From the NCBI GenBank assembly GCA_003344405.1, contig NOWV01000227.1, positions 62,001-109,775 on the forward strand: a DNA stretch of 47,775 nt, written 5' to 3'. Within the stretch, counting starts at the first letter, position 1; every line of letters begins with the position of its first letter. The DNA comes from Trichoplax sp. H2. Its lineage: Eukaryota. The notes below the pieces were generated by a model, which was not told the DNA's origin, searched no databases, and was given only the letters and a program-made list of their open reading frames with translations. Of this stretch, positions 1 through 12,182 are shown piece after piece. The translations under genes were made by a program, and so were the position numbers.

Positions 1-294
1 TCAAAATTCGAAATTGTGGCATAGAATTGCAAAACTATAGTGAAGTTATTCACGTAGGAACGATTAAAGACGAGTATAGCATCAATATTGTCAATTTCCT
101 GCCGATGATTTAATATGTTTTATAAGTTCAAATGAATCAGATATGCTGCTGTTACAAATTGCTAGCTAATTATAGCTTTAGAATAGTACGATGTAGAATT
201 AACTCTGGCGATTAAAGATATCAGATTAGAAGATAAAAATTGCAATTTTAAACAGAAATAGTAATAAAACAATGAAAAAGTTGCCATGCCATAC

Positions 295-3200
295 CTTAAC
301 ATCGCGTTTATTTGGATCGGCGTTGTTATCAAGCAAAATTTTGATACATGTTGCATGACCATTATAAGCTGCCACATGAATTGGAGAACGACTATAGAAA
401 TTAATTGCCGATTGTAGTGAATGATAGAAAATACGATGAATAAATGGATTATACAGTCGTTCAACATCAAATTAGAATGAAATATGATAGCAGGTTACAA
501 ATAAATACTAGAAACTTGTACTACGAGTATAATTAATTTGACAATTCAGAGCTATCTTGCAAAAATTGAAAAGTCCTTACTTATTGTTATCACCCTGGTT
601 AACTTCAAGGGAATATTGCAGGAGTGTAGAACAAACTTCATCATGGCCACCTAATGCAGCCCTGAAACATATTGACCAGAAATGTATTAGTTACGATAAT
701 GTTAGATAGAAGCAATTAACACGCATATTAGTAGCAGTCTGTACTTTACTATAGTTATTAGAATACTACATATCCGTTATAGTTAGGTTACGGCTCAGAA
801 AAATGTCAGTACCAGTGAAGCAAGGTTCTACCCTCATTATCCTTTAGGTTAATTTTTCCTCCACCTGTTCGATATTTCATAAAACATTACTTTATTATCG
901 TTATTACTGATACAATTTTCATACAAAGCATATTTAAACATAGAAATAATAAAAGGAAACAAAGATCTTGGAGTACCATCAATTAAAGTGTTCATTGCTT
1001 CCAGATGACCAGTTTCACACGCGCGAAATATGGGAGTATGGCTACGGTTATCAGCATAATTAACATCTGCAGAGTGCTACATTATCAACATCATAGTGTT
1101 AGTCTATCTCGATAATAAAATGATTTATGGTATAGATTATGAACGAGTGTTAAACTTACCTTTATTAGTAAACGGACGCATTCCGATTCGCCTGAAAATG
1201 CTGCAGCATGTAGAGCTATAACCAAAAGAATTAGTCATAAATAGTATGCTAAAATATTGAATGCTTTGTTGATATTTATATTCACAGTCGTATATAGAAA
1301 ATCTTATTTATTTACCTGTCCCACCGGTCTTATCCACCAAATTGACATAACTATCATCATGAAGTAGCATAATTTTTAATACCTCGGTATTGCCTATAAG
1401 TATAGTGCATTTATAAAGTAATCATAAGAAAAAATTAAAATACTCTTTATCTCCATTGTTATGATGTATTTTAATTACCTTTACTGGCAGCCCACATAAG
1501 AGCTGTTCTACCATCATTATCAGGAATATCTTTAACGTGATCAAACGATACGAATGTACTAACAGTTTCCTGGTGCAAATGAAAACAGGAATAGCTTTAA
1601 TTTAAGGCATTTCCTACTATAACTATATTATAATCTTAATAATATGAAAGCGTTGAAATTCATTCCATCCAAATTTGGTTTCTTAAACTTACTGGAAAAT
1701 CACTTTGTGCCTAAAATCAAGCAGACAAGTTCATTAAGGGTTACTTATTACCAAAGTAATTTATCGAGCAACAACCTGGATAATCAATGACATCATCTAT
1801 GTTAATACTGATTAATAATAAATAAATGACTATTGTAGAATAGAATCAAGGTATTTTAACTAATAAGAATATTAATAATTAGATAGTAATTAATACTGAT
1901 GATATATTGTAAGATTATCCAGGATCGATTTACGTTATCCAGAATTAATAACCACTGGATTACTCACAGCATAATGCAAGGCTGTAGCTCCGTTTCGATC
2001 TGAGGCTGTATAGTCGGCGTTTCTTTGTAATAAATTACGAGAAATAGTGGCATGGCCTGATTCATGGCATAAAAATGTTATCACATTAGAGTAATTCCTA
2101 CTAAGTCATGTATTTATGGCATTATCTTGCTACTCTTCTTTACCTAAAACAGCTGCCCAATGTAGCGGTGTTCTAAACATTCTATCAGGTAAAGATACAT
2201 TACATTTGCCAAATGAAGTCTATAAATCGATTCAATTTTTGACTTTAGTTAGTCTAGCCATTAATGGTTTAATTCAATCAAGTACTCAGGTTAGGCATGT
2301 CAATATTTTACTTACTAGCGCTTTAACGATGGCTTCATTACCATCTGCTACAGCTAAATGAAGTGCTAAAAGACGTAAAGAATAATAAGTTATGCTGACA
2401 ATTTTGAAAATAAATTTATCATATTCTATCCATCCCCTGAAAGTGTAAATTTTGATTATCATATGAATGATAACTTACTGGTTCTTCCTTCGCTATCAAT
2501 ATCGTTAATATCGGCACCAAAATCCTATCAGATATCAAAAATTTGTGTGTTAACGTTAAATATAATTTCTATCTTTATTTCTCCTTCAAATCTACTAGTG
2601 ATATTTCGTAAAATAAAGTAGCCGTCATAAATATTAAAAGCAAATCATTTACCATATTATGTTTGTTAGTTGTTATTATCTATTACTAGTATGTTAGGGA
2701 TATGATGGAAGGTTTCAATTAAATTTTTACTTTTATTTCCATTTTTAAGGGTGTAATAGTCTCACTGCTACTACGTTATGTTGAACAGTTTGTTAATATC
2801 AATATCATTCATCTATTAGGGGTGTGATGAAAAGCTAATAGATAAATTATATTTCTTTTAAATTTATTGAAGTTATTAGTATGGGATAATAAAAACGTAG
2901 CCAATGTTAAAAAGCAGGAATAGTTGTCTTCTACAGCTTACTACATTACGATCTAAGGTAAATTAATTAGACTTACAATTAGAGCCTTTGCCACGCTACT
3001 GTCACTATTATTTGCAGTCCAATGTAATGGAGTTTTTCCTTCGTTATCGTGAATTACTGTACTTGCTCCCTATATCGATAGTATGCGTTAGCGAAGGAGA
3101 AACGATGATAAATACCTTAGTAATTGATTTAAATAAATCATGTTATAGATTTATTTAAATTCTTATAATAAAGAAAATCATAGATAATCGATAAGAATAA

Positions 3201-4916
3201 AGTGCTTACAGCTTTTAATAGAATTTTAGTGTTGTCTAATTTGCCATATGATGCACACCAATGCAATGCAGTCATCTACCGATATTATATAAGAACTCAT
3301 GTTAAAGTAGGTAGAGTTGTGGCATGGTCAATAATACTCGTATAATTTGTATTTGAAATTGATACCGATTAAGATTTTTACCTGATCGCAATCTTGATGA
3401 TTAAGTTCAGGCTTTCCCAATTTTTTAATCATAAAAGATAAGGACTGTAACGTATATGATAGAAATGGATCTTGTTAATTGCTGGTATACAGTATTTTTG
3501 AAATTAGTTTAGCATGAACTTTAATTAAAAAATACCTTTGTATTTTGATGACTTGTTGCTTGAAACACTGGAGTCCTAAATATTTTTTGTAAAGAATGAG
3601 ATTGAAAATATCATTACGAAGGTTGAGGCTAAAACAATTTATAAGGACATGTTTTCAAACATCAGACTTACGATAAATATAAACTTACCTTCCTTCATTA
3701 TCCTGTGCCATAATGTTGGCTCCTTTATTTATAAGTAACTTTAAGCTACGATAATTGCCCTGTTTTGAGAGGAGTCATTCATTCTCAACTGATGATATAA
3801 TTATCAAGATAGTAATCTTTAATGATTTATTTTCAAGTTTGATATATTGACCTGATGTGCTGCCCAATGCAATGCTGTTCTTCCATCGACATCTGCTACA
3901 TCGATCTATTTTAATTTTTATAAGAGAACAAAATTTCAGAATTTCCTATATTTTTTATGATGAACTTTTAATTACTGTCTTATAAAAGTCCCTTACTTTA
4001 GCACCGGCCTTTAATAGCATTTCCGCACAATCAACGCGATCTCCAAGTACACTAAAAACCTTCATATGATGACGACAATACAAGACGATCAATGTCATTA
4101 CAAGTTGAACATTTTCAATTATATCGTTCAGTATACTCACCAGAGGGGTTCTCCCAAATTGGTCTCCTTTATCTAACTTTTCCAACTGTTCGCTCCCTTA
4201 ATATTTTAGTCATGAAATAAGAAACTTTAATCTTGGAACTAATTTATTCTTGTTAGCTTTATCAGAATTCTTACCAGGCTGAAGTAATTTTTGAAGCATT
4301 ATTTTGTTGCCATTGATTGCAGCTGCATGGAGGTCACTATGATGTCTACCTATATATTATAGCAATGAGATCGTGTTAGATGCATTTCAATAGAAACCTG
4401 GTCACTATTCTTGATGCTTGGAAAATACTTTAGTCATAACTGAGAACTTTAATGTCGTTACAAGATACAGTGGAATAGGCAGCATTTGATAGCAAGAGGA
4501 AAGTAAATTAATAAAAGTAAAAGCTCTGTCAACGCTATTTAGAGTATAGGAAACTTACCATCAAATTGTGTTGCTCTAAGAACAATCTCTGCGTCGTAAT
4601 CTTCATTCTATGAAAGTATAATGATGTCAATAAATTGCTACAATTATTAACAGGAGAAAGGGATAGGAAGCAGTCAAGTTGAAAAAAAAGGTATCGATAT
4701 ATTTATATCAGTAACATTTACTCACTTGGCTGTATCTGGAATTTTGAGAGGTAGAATCGTATTCTTTATCCTAAGAACGTAATGAATATAACGCCATTAG
4801 CATTAAAAAAGTTGCAAGTTTATGATCAATATTAGAGAAGGGAAATTCAAGAGTCTGATATGGGCATATTGATTGACTGTATATTAAAACAAATTATTTT
4901 TGCTTACCGATGACAT
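295..4916 (-). CDS. INVS: Inversin (NPHP2) orthologue, ankyrin-repeat ciliary protein; multi-exon, 3' part continues beyond the left edge
   Basis: Spliced translation: MSS(4916-4908)|DKEYDSTSQNSRYSQ(4770-4726)|NEDYDAEIVLRATQFD(4607-4559)|GRHHSDLHAAAINGNKIMLQKLL..|..KGDQFGRTPL|VFSVLGDRVDCAEMLLKAGAK|..DNEGKTPLHWTANN..|ALHLAVADGNEAIV..|DRMFRTPLHWAAVL|GH..SDRNGATALHYA|AQSDFP(1710-1693)|ETV..DGRTALMWAASK|..HTPIFRACETGH..|AALGGHDEVC..|RSPIHVAAYNGH..NADPNKRDVK(ends 295). This is colinear with the inversin-specific ankyrin series as I recall it (DQFGRTPLMYCVLADR, LHFAVADGN, AQSNFAETV, FRACEMGH). Introns checked are GT-AG and phase-compatible. Confidence 0.92.
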
Positions 4917-5407
4917 GATTTACATTTGGCCTGTGGATATTACCAGTCTATTGCTACCTTGAGCTTGGTGCTTGGTTGCAAGATAACTTGTTAATTTAAT
5001 CTTCTAAAATTGTAGTATCAAAAGTCATATCTAATTACTACTTGGAATGATTTCCTTGTTGTTATACTACAAATGCAGGGTATACCTACATGATATTGAT
5101 ATAGTGATATGCTTAGATAAATTACTATTTTCTAAGCAGATTATTATGCTGTTAACTAATCAATACAATTTCTGTGTAGTATACCAAATCAGGTGATAAT
5201 ATGTCCGTAGAGGATAGCATCCAAACTTACCTAAACTTTGCGATTATTTTGGTATCACTTGTCGTCAAGAAATGTTATAGTAAATTGTTAGACACCATTA
5301 TCGCCCAATTCTGCCTTGTATTAATCTATTTTACATTTTAACACTAGAGTCGGCAATAGCTAACGGCACCTTTAGCTTACTGCAATAACAATAAAGTATC
5401 CGTCGTT

Positions 5408-5420
5408 GTTACTAGGCAAC
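5408..5420. promoter_or_regulatory. RFX X-box upstream of INVS
   Basis: GTTACTAGGCAAC (reverse strand GTTGCCTAGTAAC) is a 13-bp imperfect palindrome with a perfect GGCAAC half-site. It lies just upstream of the candidate non-coding INVS first exon (donor at 5230). Confidence 0.7.
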
Positions 5421-6590
5421 ATGGCACGCTTGCTCAAACACTGTCGATTTTCTTGACTCGCATCGTATGCAATGGCGGAAATGTTTGCGTAACGATGCAA
5501 TGCGTTAAATATGGTGTTATTGTGGCTCATCAAGACAACAATCGCAAGCCTGTATATTCTACTCATTAATATATTATTGGCTAGAGGATGAATTCTTACA
5601 GGAATCTATTGAATTCAAAATTACCCCCTACCTTTCTATTAATATAACAGTAGGTGGACGGGTAGACAATCATTTTACCTATTGATGCCAAAGCTATTGC
5701 AGTAGGTTATGCCGGTAATGATATTCATTCATAAACCCTCTCATCGATCATGATCGATGATATTAGCTCTATTATATTGCACATACTATACAAGAGTTTT
5801 AATTGCCGGTATGCCATCAATAGTTGAGTGAATGAAATTGGAGCAGGAATCATATACCCTTACTACCGATTATAAATCACCCTAAAGTCTATGCAATGAA
5901 TGGATTTTTAACCTTTTAAGGTTCGCAATCCATCAGCTCGAAATTTGAACTAGTAAAATAGAGCCAGTCTCTATTGTAGCACAAAATTTCATGATATTAG
6001 CCATCATCTACAATTACTGTATTTTATTAAGCACAAACGGTTATTCTATGTCACAAAGTGCTTCAATACAGTATCGCTGCTGCATTTTCAAAACACATTA
6101 CTACTGCAATGAGACAAAATCACTTTAGCAAAGTAGTATTCTAGGAAGTAGTTTAGAATCACTGGGCAATTCAATGTGAGAAGCTACGCTTTTTGTTAAG
6201 GTCTCTAGCCAACTGTAGTAGAGAGTGATTGACCAAAGAGGTATCTCTATGGTCATTGACAACGAGAAAATGATATAGGGCGAATATTTCTTCTTCGAAA
6301 TACGTCGGCCTAAATCGGCTTTTGATATTATTCCAAGGGCAATTGCATGCAGAGTTTATCATTTGAGTCAATTTTCTAATCATCGATGCCAACGCATTGG
6401 AAATGTCTCCTTTCGTAGGTACTGTAAACTAGTCGTTACTTCAACGTTGCTAACTTGTGGAGTATAGGCGCTCCATTAGTGACGGCTGCAGGAAGCTGTC
6501 AGCTAGTCACTGTAGCATATCGTACTGGACTGTCATGGACTTTTAAAAACCTCTTAAGCACAATATACAATATTATTGTTAGTAGGCCAG

Positions 6591-6737
6591 CTTCTTGATA
6601 CATGGGCTTCTCGATACATCAGCTTCTGGATACGTAGACATCTAGATACATGGACTTCTAGATAGATGGGCTTCTAAATACGTAGGCTTCTACGGTAGAT
6701 ACATGAGCTTTGAGATACATGGATTTCTAGATACAAG
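6591..6737. repeat. 16-bp minisatellite, about 9 diverged copies, consensus CTTCTAGATACATGGG
   Basis: cttcttgatacatggg/cttctcgatacatcag/cttctggatacgtaga/catctagatacatgga/cttctagatagatggg/cttctaaatacgtagg/cttctacggtagatacatgag/ctttgagatacatgga/tttctagatacaag. Confidence 0.9.
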
Positions 6738-7235
6738 TTCAATATTGCATATATGGACTTGTAGATATTGTACTGTACTCTACAGTATATTGACTAGATA
6801 CCTTTTCTAAATTAAGTAATATCACATTGAAATCTATTCTAATTTACCAAGTTCTACTCGAAAGCAGTTCTATAAGGTCATAAAATGTTCTTAAATTAGT
6901 CCAAGTGATGACAAAATTAGACATTAAAGATCCCATAATAAGTGACTGATTTTTCGAGATTTCGGCCTCATTGGGTAGAAAACGTCCATCCGTCCGCACA
7001 GTGTCCCATCCATCCCATCCAGGTGTATCTAGTAGTCCATAGCCGGGACTCTAGTTTATTCAGTGTTTTTACGGTACTGTATCGTACACTGGACTCACTA
7101 TAGTACCCACGCTCCTGTACTGTGGATGACGAAAGAATATTGACTAGAATTAGCGGCCATTGCAAGCTGTTGGAGAAGAGAAATCATCCATTGAAATTGA
7201 TTTTATACCTCGATTATTTAGATTAGCAAGACAAC

Positions 7236-10200
7236 ATGGGTGGTGGAGATTTGGTAAGCTATAGATGATCTATTATCTCAGTCTGGTCTAGTCTATTGAT
7301 TGCTGTGAGAGAGTATAAGTTGGACATGACTGTGTTATAATTCTCCATTTGTATAAATGGAGAATTGTCTGCTTTAGTAGAAATGGTCAGTTGAAGTTGG
7401 ACCGGCCAGTTTGACTGTCCTTATTTCCATTGAAATTACCGATCTTTACTATAAATATTCATGCTTTCCTTGTTGATGTGGCTAGATAGGCAATGCATCT
7501 ACTGTATCTTCTTATAAATACTCGGTAGAATGACTATTGCAAGTCTGTGCTGTAGTGGATTTCGTTCAAGCCGTCTAGCTATTTTGTACCTACTGTACTG
7601 TACATTTCACTACAAATTTGTAAATATCTTGATCATGGCAGATATCAAGTGCTTTTTCCTTGATTTATTACTTTATGTAGTATATTCATAGTTACGGTGA
7701 ACTCAAAAAAACTTACCACAGACGTTCTCTTGCCCCTAAGATGGACGTATAAGCTTGACGTAAGAAAGTGTACAGTATATTCATTATTTGTACGCAATAC
7801 GAGCATAGACTCACAAATAGAATTGCAATACTATTAGCCATCACGTTGATGATGGACATGATCGGTCTACGCAATCATAAGCTGATCAAGACGAATCATA
7901 GTCTACGTACTACATCAAGTAGGCAGCAAACTCTTGAAACTATGTAGCAAATATAACTATAGTATCATAGTCATTGGATAAGGTTAAAATCAAGAAGATT
8001 CAGAGACAAATACTGCAGATATTACACTACTGTATTAGCACAGCGATTAATTTGTTAATGCCTTGATTGATCGTACGCTAGATGACTATATCTTGTCTAT
8101 AAAGCTATATTACGATCCAGTCAAATAAACTGTCCTAATATTGTATTACCAACAACGTGATAGAATTTGAAAAAGAGTTGGCATCCACAAACGTTACACA
8201 ATGTTGAAAGAGTCTGGAAAGCTGAGCAAAAACAACAAGCTGAACAGCGAAAGATTGATCAGTTAAAACAAGAGATTGAAGAAGAGAGAGCGAGAGAGGA
8301 AATCCAAGCGCATGCTGTTTCTACTGGCGTTCTCAGGTTAGTCTAATATTTATTATCAATTTACCCTTATCATGTACCCTTCAATAATATAAAAAGTATT
8401 CGCAAGGAGGAATCCAAATCTGTCTTCAGTTATCTTCTATTTTAAAACTAACTATTAAAATTGATATCTATTTACCTCTACTAACAGGAAAAAGTCCAAT
8501 CGACTAGATTGGATGTATGCTGCACCTGGAGTCAGTGCTGATCGTGAAGAATACCTCTTGGGAAAAACTTTGGATAATAAACTACTCAATAATGATGCCA
8601 AAGAAGAACAAAACGTAAACTGCCCAAATATATCGACAGCTATTATTTGAAGTTTATGCTATTGCCAACGGTAAAATATCATTAATCTTACTATTTCAGA
8701 ATCCGCTTACTATGCCTAGCTCATCCTCTGATGTAGTTAACAATCCAAAGGATATGGCAGCAAAAATTAGGGAAGATCCGATCTTTCTCATGAAGTAAGG
8801 CTACTTTGATTTTTAATCTTAAGATATAAGTTTGCATTTCGGGAAACAAACAGTAAGGTTTACTAGAAAATCACATTTTTAAGTGATTAAATTAATCTTT
8901 GGGCTAAATGTTGATTAATTGACTAATATCATTGTTGGAGCAGATACGTGAATCATGGTGTTATTCTAAATATACTGCCATTAATGTGATCTCAAATGCA
9001 GTATAGGCGTTCATGTTACACAGTCTACTGCGTGTAATGTCAAGTCAACAAACTTCATGTGTGACTTTTTGTTATTAATAGGAAACAAGAAGATAGTAGA
9101 AAAAAGGAGTTGGTTCAAAATCCGATCAAAATGAAAAAACTAAGAGAGTTGGTTAGTACCTTTTCCTTCAGAAAACGATTAAAGTCCTCTTTGTAACTAT
9201 ATCATTTTAATTCTCTATTTATATGGGTATATTATGTGACTAGCTTCATAACACAATGGATAAAAAACCTAAAAAGCATAAAAAAAAGAAGAGCAAAGAT
9301 CACGAAAAGAAGCATAAAGATGATAATGTAAGAGTTAACCAAGACCACCATCGTAGTATGAACCAGCACAGGGTTAGTCTATATATAACTACTGTCATTA
9401 CTAAATTATCAATTATAAAATTATTAAAACTGAAGTAATGTAAAGCATTGCAGATGTGGACATAAGGTTAATAGCTTATAAAATGAGTTTGATTTGCAAT
9501 TAAATTTTGAACGTAATGTAATTCCTAGGACAGGGAACGAGGTCGAGATATATCACCATCGCATCGACGACGAAGCGAGCAAAGGTAATGTCTACCCAGT
9601 TAGGCATGCCTTTACAATTAATATCGGTCTTTCTCATGATAAAATGTATATCGCAACTGTATAATATACATATTCTATACCATGAAACGTTTTACATAAC
9701 AATTCATATTGTCATAATTAGGAATGGTATTCATCGAGATCACAGGTCACGTTCTCGTAGTCCTAGACGTTACCACGATAATTACAATAGGCGACCGCGC
9801 TCTAAAAGTCCAGACTATAAGAGGCGTGATCAAGAAAGGTGACTTAACAACTATTATCCACTTAGCTACACTTTGGATCAATTTTGATTCAAAAATTGAA
9901 TAAGTATTCTGCCTTACGCTTAATAGATCGACCCAACGAAATTACAATCGTCGGCAAAACAATCTCTTCCAAAATAACGATAAGAATCCTCAAACTAAAA
10001 AGTATGTCAAGTACCTGCAAATTAAAATTGTTATTGCTTATGAATATTATATGCGTATAAGCAATGTGCTTTAAAATTGATTTCGCCTTGTTTTTTCATT
10101 CGGAAACAGAAAATTATCAGCTGAAGAAATGCAAAAATTGAGGGAAGACATGATGTCGAATGCAAAGTAATTTATCGCTGTCCAATTATTTTTCATTGAT

Positions 10201-10702
10201 AGATGCAATTATTGTACTGATTTATCGATTTTTATCATTACAGATGGAGAGATGAGCAAAGGGAGTCGAATGTAAAAAAGTATAAGGTAGTTTATTTTCA
10301 ACCTCGGGGAGAAATTACTAGAGCATGAATACCTAAAAATTTATTCTTGACTATGATAAAAGGTATTCAATTATGTTGAATTTACTAATGAGAAAACTTG
10401 TTATTCAATCAAAATTAGATTGCGGATGACGAAGAAAAGAACGACAATGGACCAAAAGATGCAGCATTTATTAGGTATTCGAATTATACTATTTTTATAT
10501 TATCTGTGAATAAATGTAAAGCAGGATTATGATTTAGTGTCTGACACACGTTTGGGTATTGATTTACAAACTGTATATTAGATCGATGAAGATTGACTCA
10601 TATTCGTCGTCATCAACATCTTCAGTCCAAGATCGAATTCGTCGCAACATTTATTCTGTGCAACGAACTGGGTCGTCTAAAGACAACTTCTTATCTCGAT
10701 GA
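7236..10702 (+). CDS. CWC25: Pre-mRNA splicing factor CWC25 (CCDC49); multi-exon
   Basis: Exon 1 MGGGDL (7236-7253, donor GTAAGC). Exon 2 from 8164 NLKKSWHPQTLHNVERVWKAEQ.., then RLDWMY and KIREDPIFLM, a K/H- and RS-rich middle, EEMQKLREDMMSNAKWRDEQRE, and C-terminal SVQDRIRRNIYSVQRT..NFLSR ending at TGA 10700-10702. Confidence 0.95.
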
Positions 10703-12182
10703 TATACTTAAGCTATTGAGTGAAATATGAACAGTAAAATTATTTTTAAAGTAATTCTCAGTTTTAGCGAAATTATTGAAATGTAAGTAAGCATCTTTAA
10801 TTTTTAGAACTGTCACGAGCGTCAGTAAGAATTGTAAATACTACGATTTACTAACATAGCCCTGTAATATAATAGTACACAAGAGTACAAAAACTGATTT
10901 TATGAGTAATTTTCAGTTACTTTGAGCATCTGACTAGATTTTGATAAATAATTCTCAATAATCATTCAAAATACACGTAATTCAATTAAAAATGCTGTAT
11001 GTATATTTAGGAAATAGGACATTTGTTTTAAATTTGTTTAATCGTAACTCTTAAACGTAGGTATATGGGTATAAAAATTATCATTTCTTTCGTAAGACAC
11101 GCCGAATTATGCATTAATTATAATTAACGAAGGTGGTTACGCATCTTTGAATTACGTGCCAAACGATTAATGTTGTAAACGACTATGTAGGGCTGTTAAG
11201 TCTGATCAAAAATTCAAGGCTACTTACTGAAGCCTTCACTAATACCTATATTGTATAACTTACAGTTGATCATAATTAATTAATTTATTTATTTGTAAAG
11301 TTTGACATTAGGTTATGGTGTCTCAAGTTTAAAATTAAAAAAATATTGAACTTACATATTCACGGTGTACATTTCCGTCTGTTTAATCATGCTAGAGAAG
11401 TCAACCTGTATGAAGTTTTACCGTATGACTGTAACAAAAGATAAGGCCTGCTAAATCGTGTATTATGCGTCAAAACACCTAACACCAATAACAGACTATA
11501 TTCGTATAAACCAAGTTTTATTCCATAACATTTTTTCAAGAACTAATTGACTTACGTTCAGATACAATATAATTAATAATAATAAAAGGAATATACCATA
11601 TGAATTCTAACTAAGAGTAATAATATTTCGTCCTATTACATAATGTTTCTAATACACATTCTGTAATGCAGTAAATCATGACACCTTACTAAATATTGGA
11701 TTACATGGTAAAAATTAAGAAATTAATTCAGTACTATAGTAGTAGACATGAGCTATCACATATGTCATAAATATACTTATTTTAAGCACGGTTTTCCGCA
11801 GAACTTGTTACGTACTGACAACATGTGCAACTACATTAATGAAATTGATCATTTAGTTTGTAAATGTAAAGACTTACATATGTAAATTTATAAAATAAGT
11901 GAAGTCTTTTGACCGTATCACGTTATTGATACATTTATTGCACTAGTGTCAATAAAATTTCATTAAGCATTGCTGCCAGTAAATTCAAGTTTTATAGAAT
12001 CTTTAATATTTTTACTTAATCACATTCTTCGTTATTCCCTATTATATAGTTTAATTGGTATAGCATCATTGTAATGTCTAAGCACATTCTTTAATGTCTA
12101 TAACAATGAAACTGATTCATTAGGGTAAAATTACTACAATACATTCTCGTCATATAATACTACGACCAGCGTCCAGTCTCAT

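Noticed and set aside
7093..7104. GACTCACTATAG, a partial T7 promoter
   Set aside because: It lacks TAATAC and has no vector sequence around it; chance match.
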